DNA of 64,000 nt from an uncultured Bacteroidales bacterium. GTDB lineage: Bacteria; Bacteroidota; Bacteroidia; Bacteroidales; ML635J-15. Both the position numbers and the translations under genes were made by a program. Below, piece by piece: positions 30,274 through 38,780 of the stretch. Positions within the stretch are counted from its first letter, which is position 1. Each line of letters opens with the position of its first letter. The DNA lies in NCBI GenBank assembly GCA_937982115.1, contig CALJNE010000027.1:462-64461 (forward strand). The letters run 5' to 3'. The notes under the pieces were generated by a model. It was given only the letters and a program-made list of their open reading frames with translations. It ran no database searches and was not told the DNA's origin.

Positions 30274-30421
30274 TGTTAAAAAATTATTTGCCGCCAAATT
30301 TAATATTTTTTACGATAATACGTGAATTTTTATTAAACGCATGTTGTTAAATAAATTTTAAAGAATATAAAAATTTTATTGCTGCTAAAAATAATTTTGT
30401 GCATAAGAACTTTAATTTAGA

Positions 30422-31543
30422 ATGAGAAAGAAAATATCACTAATTGCAATATTTTTCACACTGCTGTTTAACTATTCATTTTCGCAAAGTTATAATTCAA
30501 ACTTTAATCAATTTGAAATTAAAACTCACTATGGATTTACTTTGCCTCATCATTCATTGATGCGGTATTTCATTCAAAAAAATGTTGCAATTATAGAATT
30601 AAACTATTCCATAAAAACCGACGGCAGTAAACCATGGCAACACGCATGGCGTTTTCCCGAAATGGGTGGCGGCTACTTGATTGGAGGTCTGGGGAATATT
30701 AATGTTCTTGGTTTTTCTCAATCTTTATTTTGGTTTTTTGGAGTTCCGATTATTGAAAAAGACAATTTTATCTTTAAATATCGTATTGGTGGAGGAATCG
30801 CTTATTTATCCGAAAAATTTGACTATCGGGCAAATTATTACAATGTTGCAATAGGTTCGCATTTTAATGCTCACCTTCATTTTTCAATTATTTCAGAATA
30901 TAAAATTTATGATGAATTTCCGTTATATCTTACATCCGGATTAAGTTACAATCATTTTTCAAACGGAGCCATCGAAACTCCAAATCTCGGATTAAATCAA
31001 TTCAGTTTTAATATCGGGTTAAAATATCTTTACTCAAAATTTACGTATAATTTACCAAAACGAACAGTACCTTATGTTTACAATAAAATTCCCGAGTTTT
31101 CAGTATACCTGGCATCAGGTATAAAAGAGAACTCTACATACGAAAACAAGAAATTTCCGTTTTTCTCACTTGTTGCCGACTATGGCTACAGAGTCAGTGC
31201 CATAAGAACGCTTGGACTGGGAATTAATATAATATCAGATTTTTCGCTAAAATCACAAATCGCCGAACAAGGGCTGCAACCACATAATGTTGATGTACTT
31301 AGATTTGGGATACACGGTTTTCAGGAATTATATTTCACTCCCGATTTATCTATGCTCTTGCAAGTAGGGACTTATGCTTTTAACAAATTCAAACCGGAGG
31401 ATAAAGCATTTTTGGTTTATAGTAAACTCGGACTGAGATATACATTTTTGGAAAGATATTTTGTAAATATTGTATTAAAGACCCATACCACAACTGCTGA
31501 CTATATAGAAATTGGAGCAGGAATAAAAATTATTTCGGATTAA
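30422..31543 (+). CDS. acyloxyacyl hydrolase / PagL-like outer-membrane beta-barrel
   Basis: Signal peptide, alternating beta-strand pattern, and an HFSNGAIETPNLGLN block resembling the PagL His/Ser region. This is a by-eye assignment. Confidence 0.5.
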   Translation: MRKKISLIAIFFTLLFNYSFSQSYNSNFNQFEIKTHYGFTLPHHSLMRYFIQKNVAIIELNYSIKTDGSKPWQHAWRFPEMGGGYLIGGLGNINVLGFSQSLFWFFGVPIIEKDNFIFKYRIGGGIAYLSEKFDYRANYYNVAIGSHFNAHLHFSIISEYKIYDEFPLYLTSGLSYNHFSNGAIETPNLGLNQFSFNIGLKYLYSKFTYNLPKRTVPYVYNKIPEFSVYLASGIKENSTYENKKFPFFSLVADYGYRVSAIRTLGLGINIISDFSLKSQIAEQGLQPHNVDVLRFGIHGFQELYFTPDLSMLLQVGTYAFNKFKPEDKAFLVYSKLGLRYTFLERYFVNIVLKTHTTTADYIEIGAGIKIISD

Positions 31544-31972
31544 TTCTCAAATCAGCATGGTTCGAATATATAATCATTTCTGATAAAATTATATTCATTA
31601 CGCAAAATTTCGTTTATTTGTTCAATATTTATTTTATGAAAGAAAGTTTAAAAAACTATAACATAAGATCATAATTTTATACAATGAAAACAAAACCATA
31701 ATTCTTTTTCTGCTAAGAGTTTTTATTATTTATCTAAGCTGGAAAATATAACTGTTTATTTTAAGTGAAGAAAAAACTCCAATAGAAGAAATATATTGCC
31801 ATGGCTATCAAAGTCGAATTTTAAAATTGTAAAGATTACAAACAACAGTTTATTTTCCCAGATAAACTTCAAAACGAACATTAGATTAGATTCATTTAGT
31901 ACTCGGATGTGTTGAAAAATGTAGAAAGGAAAAGGCAATGACGAGCTTTTTTTTTTGGTGTTTTCTATTCAG

Positions 31973-32061
31973 CGGAGAGAGGGGGATTCGAACCCCCGGT
32001 CCCGAGTTATCAGGACAACGGTTTTCGAGACCGCCCCGTTCGACCACTCCGGCATCTCTCC
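31973..32061 (-). tRNA. tRNA-Ser (anticodon CGA), type II with a long variable arm, no encoded CCA
   Basis: The reverse complement is GGAGAGATGCCGGAGTGGTCGAACGGGGCGGTCTCGAAAACCGTTGTCCTGATAACTCGGGACCGGGGGTTCGAATCCCCCTCTCTCCG. It folds as a cloverleaf with anticodon loop CT-CGA-AA. Confidence 0.9.
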
Positions 32062-32072
32062 TGTTTACATTG

Positions 32073-32080
32073 CAAAATTA
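32073..32080 (-). promoter_or_regulatory. Bacteroidota -7 promoter motif for tRNA-Ser(CGA)
   Basis: TAATTTTG on the minus strand, 12 nt upstream of the tRNA 5' end. Confidence 0.5.
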
Positions 32081-32296
32081 TTATTTTGTTCAATAGAAAA
32101 AAATTTTATTTTTGATTTTTAGCGAACTTTTTTAAATGTTAGAACCAAAATACAAATTAGAAAATGTAAAATTTGCATTTAGTCAGGCAAAATCAGTTTA
32201 TCGCAAGACTCAGCATAAAAGTTTTTCTATATTCTTTTTAATGAATAATAAATTTGTTTAAAATTTTAATTTTAAGTCAATTATCAATTATTTTTA

Positions 32297-32304
32297 TAAT
32301 TTTG
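32297..32304 (+). promoter_or_regulatory. Bacteroidota -7 promoter motif for the GT2 gene
   Basis: TAATTTTG lies 16 nt upstream of the ATG at 32320. Confidence 0.45.
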
Positions 32305-32319
32305 ACCAAACTGCTTTTT

Positions 32320-33051
32320 ATGAACAATAATGATTTTAAAAGAACATTATCCATAGTAATCCCGGTTTATAATGAGGAACACACAATTTCTTTGATTTTA
32401 GAACGTATAAAGTTGGCTCAAATAAGTGATATCAAATTCGAAATTATAATTGTAAACGATGCCTCTACAGATAATAGTGATAAATTAATAAATGAGTTTA
32501 TAGTTAAAAATCAGGAACTTAACATAAAATATTACAGTCATGAAATAAACAAAGGAAAAGGAGCTGCATTGCATACCGGATTTGCAAATGTTACCGGCGA
32601 CTTTGTTATTATACAGGATGCTGATCTCGAGTATGATCCGCAAGAATACAAAGATATGCTAAAACCCGTATTAGATGGGCATGCTGATGTTGTTTACAGT
32701 TCTCGTTTTATGGGCAGCAAACCGCACAGGATTTTGTTTTTCTGGCACACAATAGGTAACAAATTCCTAACATTTCTCTCAAACTTGTTCACAAATCTAA
32801 ACCTCACCGACATGGAATCTTGTTACAAACTTTTCAGGACTGATATTATTAAACAAATAAAATTAGAAGAAAAACGGTTTGGCTTTGAACCCGAAGTAAC
32901 AGCCAAAATCTCCAGAATCCCAGGAATTAGAATTTACGAAATTGGCATTTCTTATTATGGCAGGACTTATGAAGAAGGCAAAAAAATCAGGTGGGAAGAT
33001 GGCTTTAGAGCAATATACTGCATATTGAAATACAATATATGGAAACGATAA
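32320..33051 (+). CDS. family 2 glycosyltransferase (polyprenol-phosphate glycosyltransferase-like)
   Basis: LSIVIPVYNEE, NDASTDNS and IIQDADLEYDP (the DxD motif) are present. I moved the start to MNNNDFKR because the upstream TTG-initiated extension covers the promoter motif. Confidence 0.85.
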   Translation: MNNNDFKRTLSIVIPVYNEEHTISLILERIKLAQISDIKFEIIIVNDASTDNSDKLINEFIVKNQELNIKYYSHEINKGKGAALHTGFANVTGDFVIIQDADLEYDPQEYKDMLKPVLDGHADVVYSSRFMGSKPHRILFFWHTIGNKFLTFLSNLFTNLNLTDMESCYKLFRTDIIKQIKLEEKRFGFEPEVTAKISRIPGIRIYEIGISYYGRTYEEGKKIRWEDGFRAIYCILKYNIWKR

Positions 33052-33100
33052 AATAGTTGTATTCCAAATCCCAGTTTAGAAAACGTAAAGTTTTCCAGAA

Positions 33101-33200
33101 AGCCGAATTTTCCGGTGAGTTCGGCTTCGATGAAAACGGTGGTTTCGACGCCGCTCAACCACCGTGTATATACAGGGGACTGAGCAGAGCCGAAGTCCCT
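33101..33200. ncRNA. candidate structured RNA or foreign remnant: GC-rich island with three consecutive hairpins (identity unknown)
   Basis: The three stems are AGCCGAA/TTCGGCT (33101-33126), CGGTGG/CCACCG (33137-33164) and GGGGACT/AGTCCCT (33175-33200). Local GC is about 50% against a roughly 30% background. No plausible CDS covers it. Confidence 0.25.
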
Positions 33201-33310
33201 GAACATTAGAGAACATTAGACAAGTACACTCTTGGTGTTAATTTTTATTAACAGAAAATCGTATTGTTCCTATTAATTCTTAATTCCAAATATCTCAATA
33301 GATTTAAAAC

Positions 33311-33338
33311 AAAAAAAGTCATCAAACTGCTGATGACT
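33311..33338 (-). terminator. rho-independent terminator after tRNA-Ser(TGA)
   Basis: On the minus strand the sequence reads AGTCATCAgcagttTGATGACTttttttt. Confidence 0.7.
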
Positions 33339-33344
33339 TTTCGC

Positions 33345-33434
33345 TGGCGGAGAAAGAGGGATTCGAACCCCCGGAGCCCTCGCGAGCTCAACGGTTTTCA
33401 AGACCGCCGCATTCGACCACTCTGCCATTTCTCC
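33345..33434 (-). tRNA. tRNA-Ser (anticodon TGA), type II, CCA encoded
   Basis: The reverse complement is GGAGAAATGGCAGAGTGGTCGAATGCGGCGGTCTTGAAAACCGTTGAGCTCGCGAGGGCTCCGGGGGTTCGAATCCCTCTTTCTCCGCCA, with anticodon loop CT-TGA-AA. Confidence 0.9.
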
Positions 33435-33438
33435 GCTG

Positions 33439-33446
33439 CAAAGATA
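33439..33446 (-). promoter_or_regulatory. Bacteroidota -7 promoter motif for tRNA-Ser(TGA)
   Basis: TATCTTTG on the minus strand, 4-5 nt upstream of the mature tRNA 5' end. Confidence 0.45.
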
Positions 33447-33757
33447 TATAAAATTTCTTTTCTGCAAAAACTGAATTGATTTTTTTTAAGTTATTTTTTG
33501 ATATCATTTTAGATTTTTACAAATCAAAAACATTTTTATAAAATTACCTGATTTTTGATTAAAACACTTATTAATTAATAATATTATGTGACTTGCTAAT
33601 AAAAAGATTAAAATAAAAAACAAATTAAAACGATTTTTTTGTCTAATTTTTAAATCTTTTTTTATTAGACAAAACTCTAAAAACCTTGCAAAATCACAAT
33701 CGCAATTAACAATTACAACAATTTTTCAACAATTTGCAAAAAAATTTGCTTAAAAAC

Positions 33758-33787
33758 TTGACAAATACTTGATTATAGCTATATTTG
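33758..33787 (+). promoter_or_regulatory. promoter of hup (-33 TTG element plus -7 TAnnTTTG)
   Basis: TTGACA at 33758 and TATATTTG at 33780-33787 have Bacteroidota-typical spacing. The ATG is at 33829. Confidence 0.55.
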
Positions 33788-33828
33788 TCATGAAAATTAT
33801 TATTTACTAACCATTAAATTTAAGAAAA

Positions 33829-34104
33829 ATGAACAAAGCACAATTAATTGACGCAATTGCAAAAAAAGCTAATTTAACTAAAGCAGATGCAAAAAAAGCT
33901 TTAGATGCTTTCATCGAAGCTACAACTGAAACTTTAAAAGCTGGAGACAAAATCGCTTTAGTAGGTTTTGGAACATTTGGTGTTGCTCAAAGAGCTGCTA
34001 GAAAAGGCCGCAACCCACAAAAACCTTCACAGGTTATTAACATTCCGGCAAAAAAAGTTGTTAAATTCACAGTTGGCAGCGAATTAAAAAATGCTGTTAA
34101 GTAA
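33829..34104 (+). CDS. hup: DNA-binding protein HU
   Basis: MNKAQLIDAIAKKANLTKADAKKALDAF...GFGTF...RKGRNPQ; length 91 aa. Confidence 0.95.
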   Translation: MNKAQLIDAIAKKANLTKADAKKALDAFIEATTETLKAGDKIALVGFGTFGVAQRAARKGRNPQKPSQVINIPAKKVVKFTVGSELKNAVK

Positions 34105-34126
34105 TTTCGTCAATTGAGAATTTTCT

Positions 34127-34151
34127 AAGGGAGTTTCGGCTCCCTTTTTTT
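34127..34151 (+). terminator. rho-independent terminator of hup
   Basis: AAGGGAGtttcggCTCCCTTttttt. Confidence 0.8.
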
Positions 34152-34158
34152 ATTTTTG
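34151..34158 (+). promoter_or_regulatory. Bacteroidota -7 promoter motif for trmH
   Basis: TATTTTTG lies 19 nt upstream of the ATG at 34177. The ORF-track TTG start at 34156 is the TTG of this motif. Confidence 0.5.
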
Positions 34159-34176
34159 CACAAAATTTTAATTAAA

Positions 34177-34842
34177 ATGACAGAAGCAAAGCTTATCGAG
34201 ATTCTTTCGGGAATGGTTACTGAAAATCGTTTTAATAAATTTAATGAAGTTCTAAATAACCGAACCAGATACATTACCGTTGTTCTCGAAGATTTATTTC
34301 AATCACACAATGCCTCTGCCGTATTAAGATCTTGTGATTGTTTTGGAATTCAGGATGTTCATTTTATAGAAAATAATTTTCAATATCAAGAAAATCCTGA
34401 AGTCTCTATGGGATCTTCGCAGTGGTTGAATATTCATAGGTACAATCAAAATTCAAATAATACAGAAACAGCATTACTTGAATTAAAAAAACAAGGCTAC
34501 CGTATTATTGCTACAACCCCTCATACAAACGAAAATTCACTGCAAAACCTCGATATCGAAAAAGGAAAGATTGCTTTGATTTTCGGAGCCGAACTTCCCG
34601 GCTTATCTCAAATTGCTCTTAATCTTGCAGATGAATATGTAAAAATACCAATGTTCGGCTTCACTGAAAGTTTTAACATCTCAGTTTCAGCGGCAATTTT
34701 CCTTTATGAACTCAGAAATAAGTTAAACAATTCAAATATAGATTGGCATCTGTCAAAAAAAGAAAGAGATATTATTCTTGCAGAATGGTTGAAAAAATCT
34801 GTTAAAGATTCCGAAATTATTTTGAAAAATATTCTCGGTTAA
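34177..34842 (+). CDS. trmH: SpoU/TrmH-family RNA 2'-O-methyltransferase
   Basis: The SpoU methylase layout is present: VVLEDLFQSHNASAVLRSCDCFG, IFGAELPGLS and IPMFGFTESFNISVSAA. Confidence 0.8.
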   Translation: MTEAKLIEILSGMVTENRFNKFNEVLNNRTRYITVVLEDLFQSHNASAVLRSCDCFGIQDVHFIENNFQYQENPEVSMGSSQWLNIHRYNQNSNNTETALLELKKQGYRIIATTPHTNENSLQNLDIEKGKIALIFGAELPGLSQIALNLADEYVKIPMFGFTESFNISVSAAIFLYELRNKLNNSNIDWHLSKKERDIILAEWLKKSVKDSEIILKNILG

Positions 34843-34855
34843 AAATCTATTTCGT

Positions 34856-37576
34856 TTAATACTTTATAAATTTTGTTTTCACTATTCGTTGTTCATCACT
34901 GCAAATTTCAAGAAAATAAATTCCTGAATTTAATGAGCTTATATTAATAGAATAGTTAATTAATTCTCCATTTAAAGCAGTTTTTCCAAAAATATCATAA
35001 ATTGCAAATTTAGAATTGGTACAAGATTTACAATCAACAAATAATTTATCAGCAGCAGGATTTGGGAAAATTCTTAACTGTATAACCTGGTCATTAGCGA
35101 TGTATTGCGGATACAACTCGTTAAAATATAGATTCTGACATTGAGTCAAAGCATTGTTTAAATCGAACAAATTGTCGGCAGCAACAAAAGCCATTCCGAT
35201 TGTTACAGTATCGCCTGCCAACAAATTAAAAGGACCTACAGAGGTTACCCCTACAATATCCGAACTTCCCGTATATGAAAAAGATTGATTACTAATCAAA
35301 TAAAACCTTTCGAGGTCTTCAAGTCCGTTTGTTAAATCAACAACTCCGTCTCCACCTGAAATTTGAGGGATATAGTAATTTTTCACATTTTGAGAATTTA
35401 ACACTTTTATTCCTGCATAAAGATTTTGATTAACGTCAGAACTACAATAAACAAAATTATGTTCAGGCATGCTTCCAATGCTGTTTCGGGAAGGATTTAT
35501 CAAATCCCAATCCGTAAAAATTCCGAAATAGAAATTATTTTGATCGTATAAACCTTTATTTACCAATTTAAAATCGGCAATAATAAAATTTTTATTTTGC
35601 TCTCCTTCCCATGCATAATAATCACCAATAATCTCGAGACCAATTGGCGATACATCGAGGCTGTCGTTCACAACCATACGACATTGAATGCGGTCTCCGT
35701 CACTAATAATATAAGGATAACTAATATTTTTAAAATCGGTAGATTGACGTACGGAAGATTTTAGATTTGTAGCTGAATTTCCTGTAATGATGCCACAATC
35801 ATAAAACAAAGAAAAGAGATTGTCGTAAATCATTCCGTTTCCAACTCGTCCGGATAAGTCCGAATATCCCACACGTCCATTTGAAGTTACGGATAATAAT
35901 ATTTTATCAGTATTAATATTTTTATATCCGGGATTTATTCGGATTTTAACAAATTGCACATCGCTGTAGTTATCGCCGACATATTCAAATTTAACGGTAA
36001 TTTCATAATCATAAGGTAAATTTTGGTCTTTCTGTATGACTATCTCGTTTTCTGAAACATATATTTGAGAGGCTTCAAGATTGCCAATTTCCAAAAGATC
36101 ATTAACAACTTCACAATAATCACCTATTAAACTAATATTAACCTTAAGATTTTCAATCGGAGCGAGGAAGTTCTGAAAATTTCCATTTAGTGTAACGTAA
36201 TTAGCTATTTCGTTTACATTTAAATTCCTGAATTTTACCGAAGGTAAAAAATCCTCGCTTAAAGCTCTGTAAAGATTTAAACGCCCCTTCCCTAATTTGT
36301 TTGCATAAGGAATATTAAAACTTATGGTATCAATATTGTCCGCTGTATTTTTCAAATGTTCAATAATTTCGAGAGCATTTAGTTGAGGATAATAAGATCT
36401 TACAATTGCCGCTGCTCCAGATACTATAGGAGCAGCAAAGGATGTTCCTCCCCACATCAGAGTATAGCCACCACCATTATCTGTACTTTTAAACATTGCC
36501 GAAGGAGCGGAAATGTCAACCGAGTAGGAATAAGACGAACCGGCTCCTGTAGGAGTATTTTCCGGCGACCATTTTTCATCAAGTGAAGTAGTTCCTGCAA
36601 CCGACATTACATAATCATAAGAAGCCGGGTAAAATTCAACTTCACTGTTTGTATTACCTGCCGCTGCAACAATTAATAAGTCGTGAACCAGCGTGGCGTA
36701 AGTAACGACCTCCTGCCCCATTTGCTGATAAAATTTAGAACCCCAGGAACAGTTTATAACGTCAACGCCATGAATGGCTGCATAAATTATTGATTGATAA
36801 GCATTATCTATTACACCTTGAGAATTCATGATTTTCAGAGGGAGAATTTTACATTTAAAGCCGGCTCCCGAAACTCCAATGCCATTATCGGTTGAAGCTC
36901 CGGCTATTCCCGAAACATAAGTACCGTGAGGATTTTCCGATGCCTGAACATTATTATTATTTTCTCCAAAATTCCAACCTCGAAAATTATCAATATAACC
37001 GTCATTATCGTTATCAACACCATCAATAGGATCAAGATAGTTGTATTTTATGTTATAAATAAGGTCAGGATGAGCAAGGTCAATTCCGGTATCCGAAATT
37101 CCTATAACTTTGTTAGTATCACCTTTATGAATATCCCAGGCTTCAAAGGCTTTAATATTTTGTAACCAATATTGATCGCTTGCATTCATCGGGTCATTTG
37201 GAACATATAGTAATTCTATTTTATATAAAGGTTCGCAATATTCGACAAAGTCAAGTTTTGACAATTTTTGAGAAAGCTTTAAAGCATCATAGTCTGATTT
37301 ATAATTCAGTCTGTAAATATTACTAATATCAGGAATTATATTACCATACTTTATTTTAGCTTCTTCGAGTTTGTTTTTGTAGTCTGGAGGGAGAATAAAT
37401 TCGGGTTCAAGGAAAATTTCATTTTTCCGGCATCCGAGAATTTCACTAACATTGCTTTTTACAGCATCGGAATCTTTTGTTTTAATGATTAAAACGCCAT
37501 CGTGATAGTTTTTTTGAGAGAAACTAAACTCAGTAATTCCGATAAAAACTAAAAATACAAGAAAAATTTTTCTCAT
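34856..37576 (-). CDS. secreted subtilisin-like S8 peptidase with a T9SS C-terminal sorting domain
   Basis: SDTGIDLAHPDL, HGTYVSGIAGA and GTSFAAPIVSGAAA are present, with a signal peptide. The C-terminus (LRIFPNPAADKLFV...AIYDIFGKT...GIYFLEI) is a T9SS CTD. Confidence 0.85.
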   Translation of the reverse strand: MRKIFLVFLVFIGITEFSFSQKNYHDGVLIIKTKDSDAVKSNVSEILGCRKNEIFLEPEFILPPDYKNKLEEAKIKYGNIIPDISNIYRLNYKSDYDALKLSQKLSKLDFVEYCEPLYKIELLYVPNDPMNASDQYWLQNIKAFEAWDIHKGDTNKVIGISDTGIDLAHPDLIYNIKYNYLDPIDGVDNDNDGYIDNFRGWNFGENNNNVQASENPHGTYVSGIAGASTDNGIGVSGAGFKCKILPLKIMNSQGVIDNAYQSIIYAAIHGVDVINCSWGSKFYQQMGQEVVTYATLVHDLLIVAAAGNTNSEVEFYPASYDYVMSVAGTTSLDEKWSPENTPTGAGSSYSYSVDISAPSAMFKSTDNGGGYTLMWGGTSFAAPIVSGAAAIVRSYYPQLNALEIIEHLKNTADNIDTISFNIPYANKLGKGRLNLYRALSEDFLPSVKFRNLNVNEIANYVTLNGNFQNFLAPIENLKVNISLIGDYCEVVNDLLEIGNLEASQIYVSENEIVIQKDQNLPYDYEITVKFEYVGDNYSDVQFVKIRINPGYKNINTDKILLSVTSNGRVGYSDLSGRVGNGMIYDNLFSLFYDCGIITGNSATNLKSSVRQSTDFKNISYPYIISDGDRIQCRMVVNDSLDVSPIGLEIIGDYYAWEGEQNKNFIIADFKLVNKGLYDQNNFYFGIFTDWDLINPSRNSIGSMPEHNFVYCSSDVNQNLYAGIKVLNSQNVKNYYIPQISGGDGVVDLTNGLEDLERFYLISNQSFSYTGSSDIVGVTSVGPFNLLAGDTVTIGMAFVAADNLFDLNNALTQCQNLYFNELYPQYIANDQVIQLRIFPNPAADKLFVDCKSCTNSKFAIYDIFGKTALNGELINYSINISSLNSGIYFLEICSDEQRIVKTKFIKY

Positions 37577-37658
37577 GTTTTTTTATTTGCAAGTTAAAAA
37601 AAAATCTTTTAGGAGTTCATTCCTAAAAGATTTAAATTAAAATAAAAGTTAAATTTTA

Positions 37659-38756
37659 TTATTCAACGTTTCCGCTAATCTTTAAAGTTATGGAAGATTG
37701 TTTTGGATCGTTAGTGATTACTGTAATAGTTTTGCTTTGTTTACCTTTTCTGCCGCTTGAGTTAAAAGTAGCAGTGATATGGCTGGATTCTCCAGGTTTG
37801 ATAACCATTTTTTCGGGATTTGTAGCTGTACAACCGCAAGAGGCTTTGATTTTACGTATTATCAAATCGCTTTTTCCGGTATTTTTAAACACATAGTTAT
37901 AAGAAACTTTATCGCCTTCCTTAATTGTTCCGAAGTCATAATCAATTGTTTCAAATTCTATTTTTGGAGCATTAGCAAGTTCTTCGGGAGTAAGATGTCT
38001 AAAGTCTTCTTCAATAGTGGCACTTATAGAGATACGATTTTGGTCAACTTTTTTACCATTGATTACAAGATCAATTCTATCCATTATAAAACCATAATCG
38101 TTACGTTTCTTTGCATCGTAGGTAATTTTAATAACACCTTTTTGGCCATAAAGTTCGTTAGGTTTTTTACCGGCGAGTTTTTTGGGTTCTACAGTAATTG
38201 TAATATGAGGCGGAACGTTTTCAAACGTTATTTCCATTGGTTCGGAGCTCATATTAACAATGCCGATAGTATCTGATTTTGTTTCGGTATTATAAATGGT
38301 TGTGAAAGCGAGGTGTGAAGTAGTTAGTCTCAAGTCTCCGATATTTCGTGGATAAAAATCTTCAATACCTTTTTCTCTTGGGATAACTTCACCTTCGATT
38401 CTCAACATAGAAGTTGCTATATCGGCATTAGAGGACACGGTGATAGATTTATTGAATTTACCGGGTCTGTTTTTAGGATCATAGGTTGCTTTGACAAAAC
38501 CTTTTTCTCCTGGTTTTACTGGTTCTTTGGTCCATTCGGGGGTAGTACATCCGCAAGAGGCTTTAACGTCTGTAATGTAAAGCACTTCGTTACCTGTATT
38601 AGTAAACGTAAAAGTACAGGTTTGTGGGCCGGCTTCTTCCTTAAAAGTTCCGAAATTATGTACTGTTTTATCCCAACTTATGGAGGCTTGTTTTGTCTGT
38701 GGAAATACAATTAATGAAATTGACATCAAACAAAACAAAAATATTATTTTTTTCAT
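37659..38756 (-). CDS. DUF1573 domain protein: two CGC-motif DUF1573 domains flanking a degenerate middle domain
   Basis: Signal peptide. Domains 1 and 3 each carry KASCGCT plus the HNFGT/YDFGT start. Domain 1 is about 70% identical to the neighbouring 133 aa protein. Confidence 0.8.
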   Translation of the reverse strand: MKKIIFLFCLMSISLIVFPQTKQASISWDKTVHNFGTFKEEAGPQTCTFTFTNTGNEVLYITDVKASCGCTTPEWTKEPVKPGEKGFVKATYDPKNRPGKFNKSITVSSNADIATSMLRIEGEVIPREKGIEDFYPRNIGDLRLTTSHLAFTTIYNTETKSDTIGIVNMSSEPMEITFENVPPHITITVEPKKLAGKKPNELYGQKGVIKITYDAKKRNDYGFIMDRIDLVINGKKVDQNRISISATIEEDFRHLTPEELANAPKIEFETIDYDFGTIKEGDKVSYNYVFKNTGKSDLIIRKIKASCGCTATNPEKMVIKPGESSHITATFNSSGRKGKQSKTITVITNDPKQSSITLKISGNVE

Positions 38757-38780
38757 AGCTATAAATTTAAAGGTTAGTTA

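Noticed and set aside
31756-31938. The 60-aa minus-strand ORF in the gap before tRNA-Ser(CGA).
   Set aside because: It is a low-complexity Phe/Leu/Ile-rich product of AT-rich DNA with no motif and no promoter box.
32137-32262. A 41-codon plus-strand ORF (MLEPKYKLENVKFAFSQAKSVYRKTQHKSFS...) lies between tRNA-Ser(CGA) and the GT2 gene and was considered as a possible gene remnant.
   Set aside because: I could not recognise any family, so there is not enough evidence to call it.
32967-33206. The 79-aa minus-strand ORF covering the GC-rich island.
   Set aside because: Its C-terminal half is antisense to the 3' end of the GT2 gene, it has no recognisable family or promoter motif, and the GC-rich part is better explained as RNA structure or a remnant.
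33264-33479. The track ORFs 33264-33479 (+) and 33273-33467 (-).
   Set aside because: Both run through the tRNA-Ser(TGA) gene and its terminator, so they are spurious.
33638-33673. A 10-bp inverted repeat, TTTGTCTAAT...ATTAGACAAA, lies in the long AT-rich region upstream of hup.
   Set aside because: It has no flanking T-run, it is far (about 110 nt) from the promoter elements, and AT-rich palindromes of this size are expected by chance here. I left it as unassigned.
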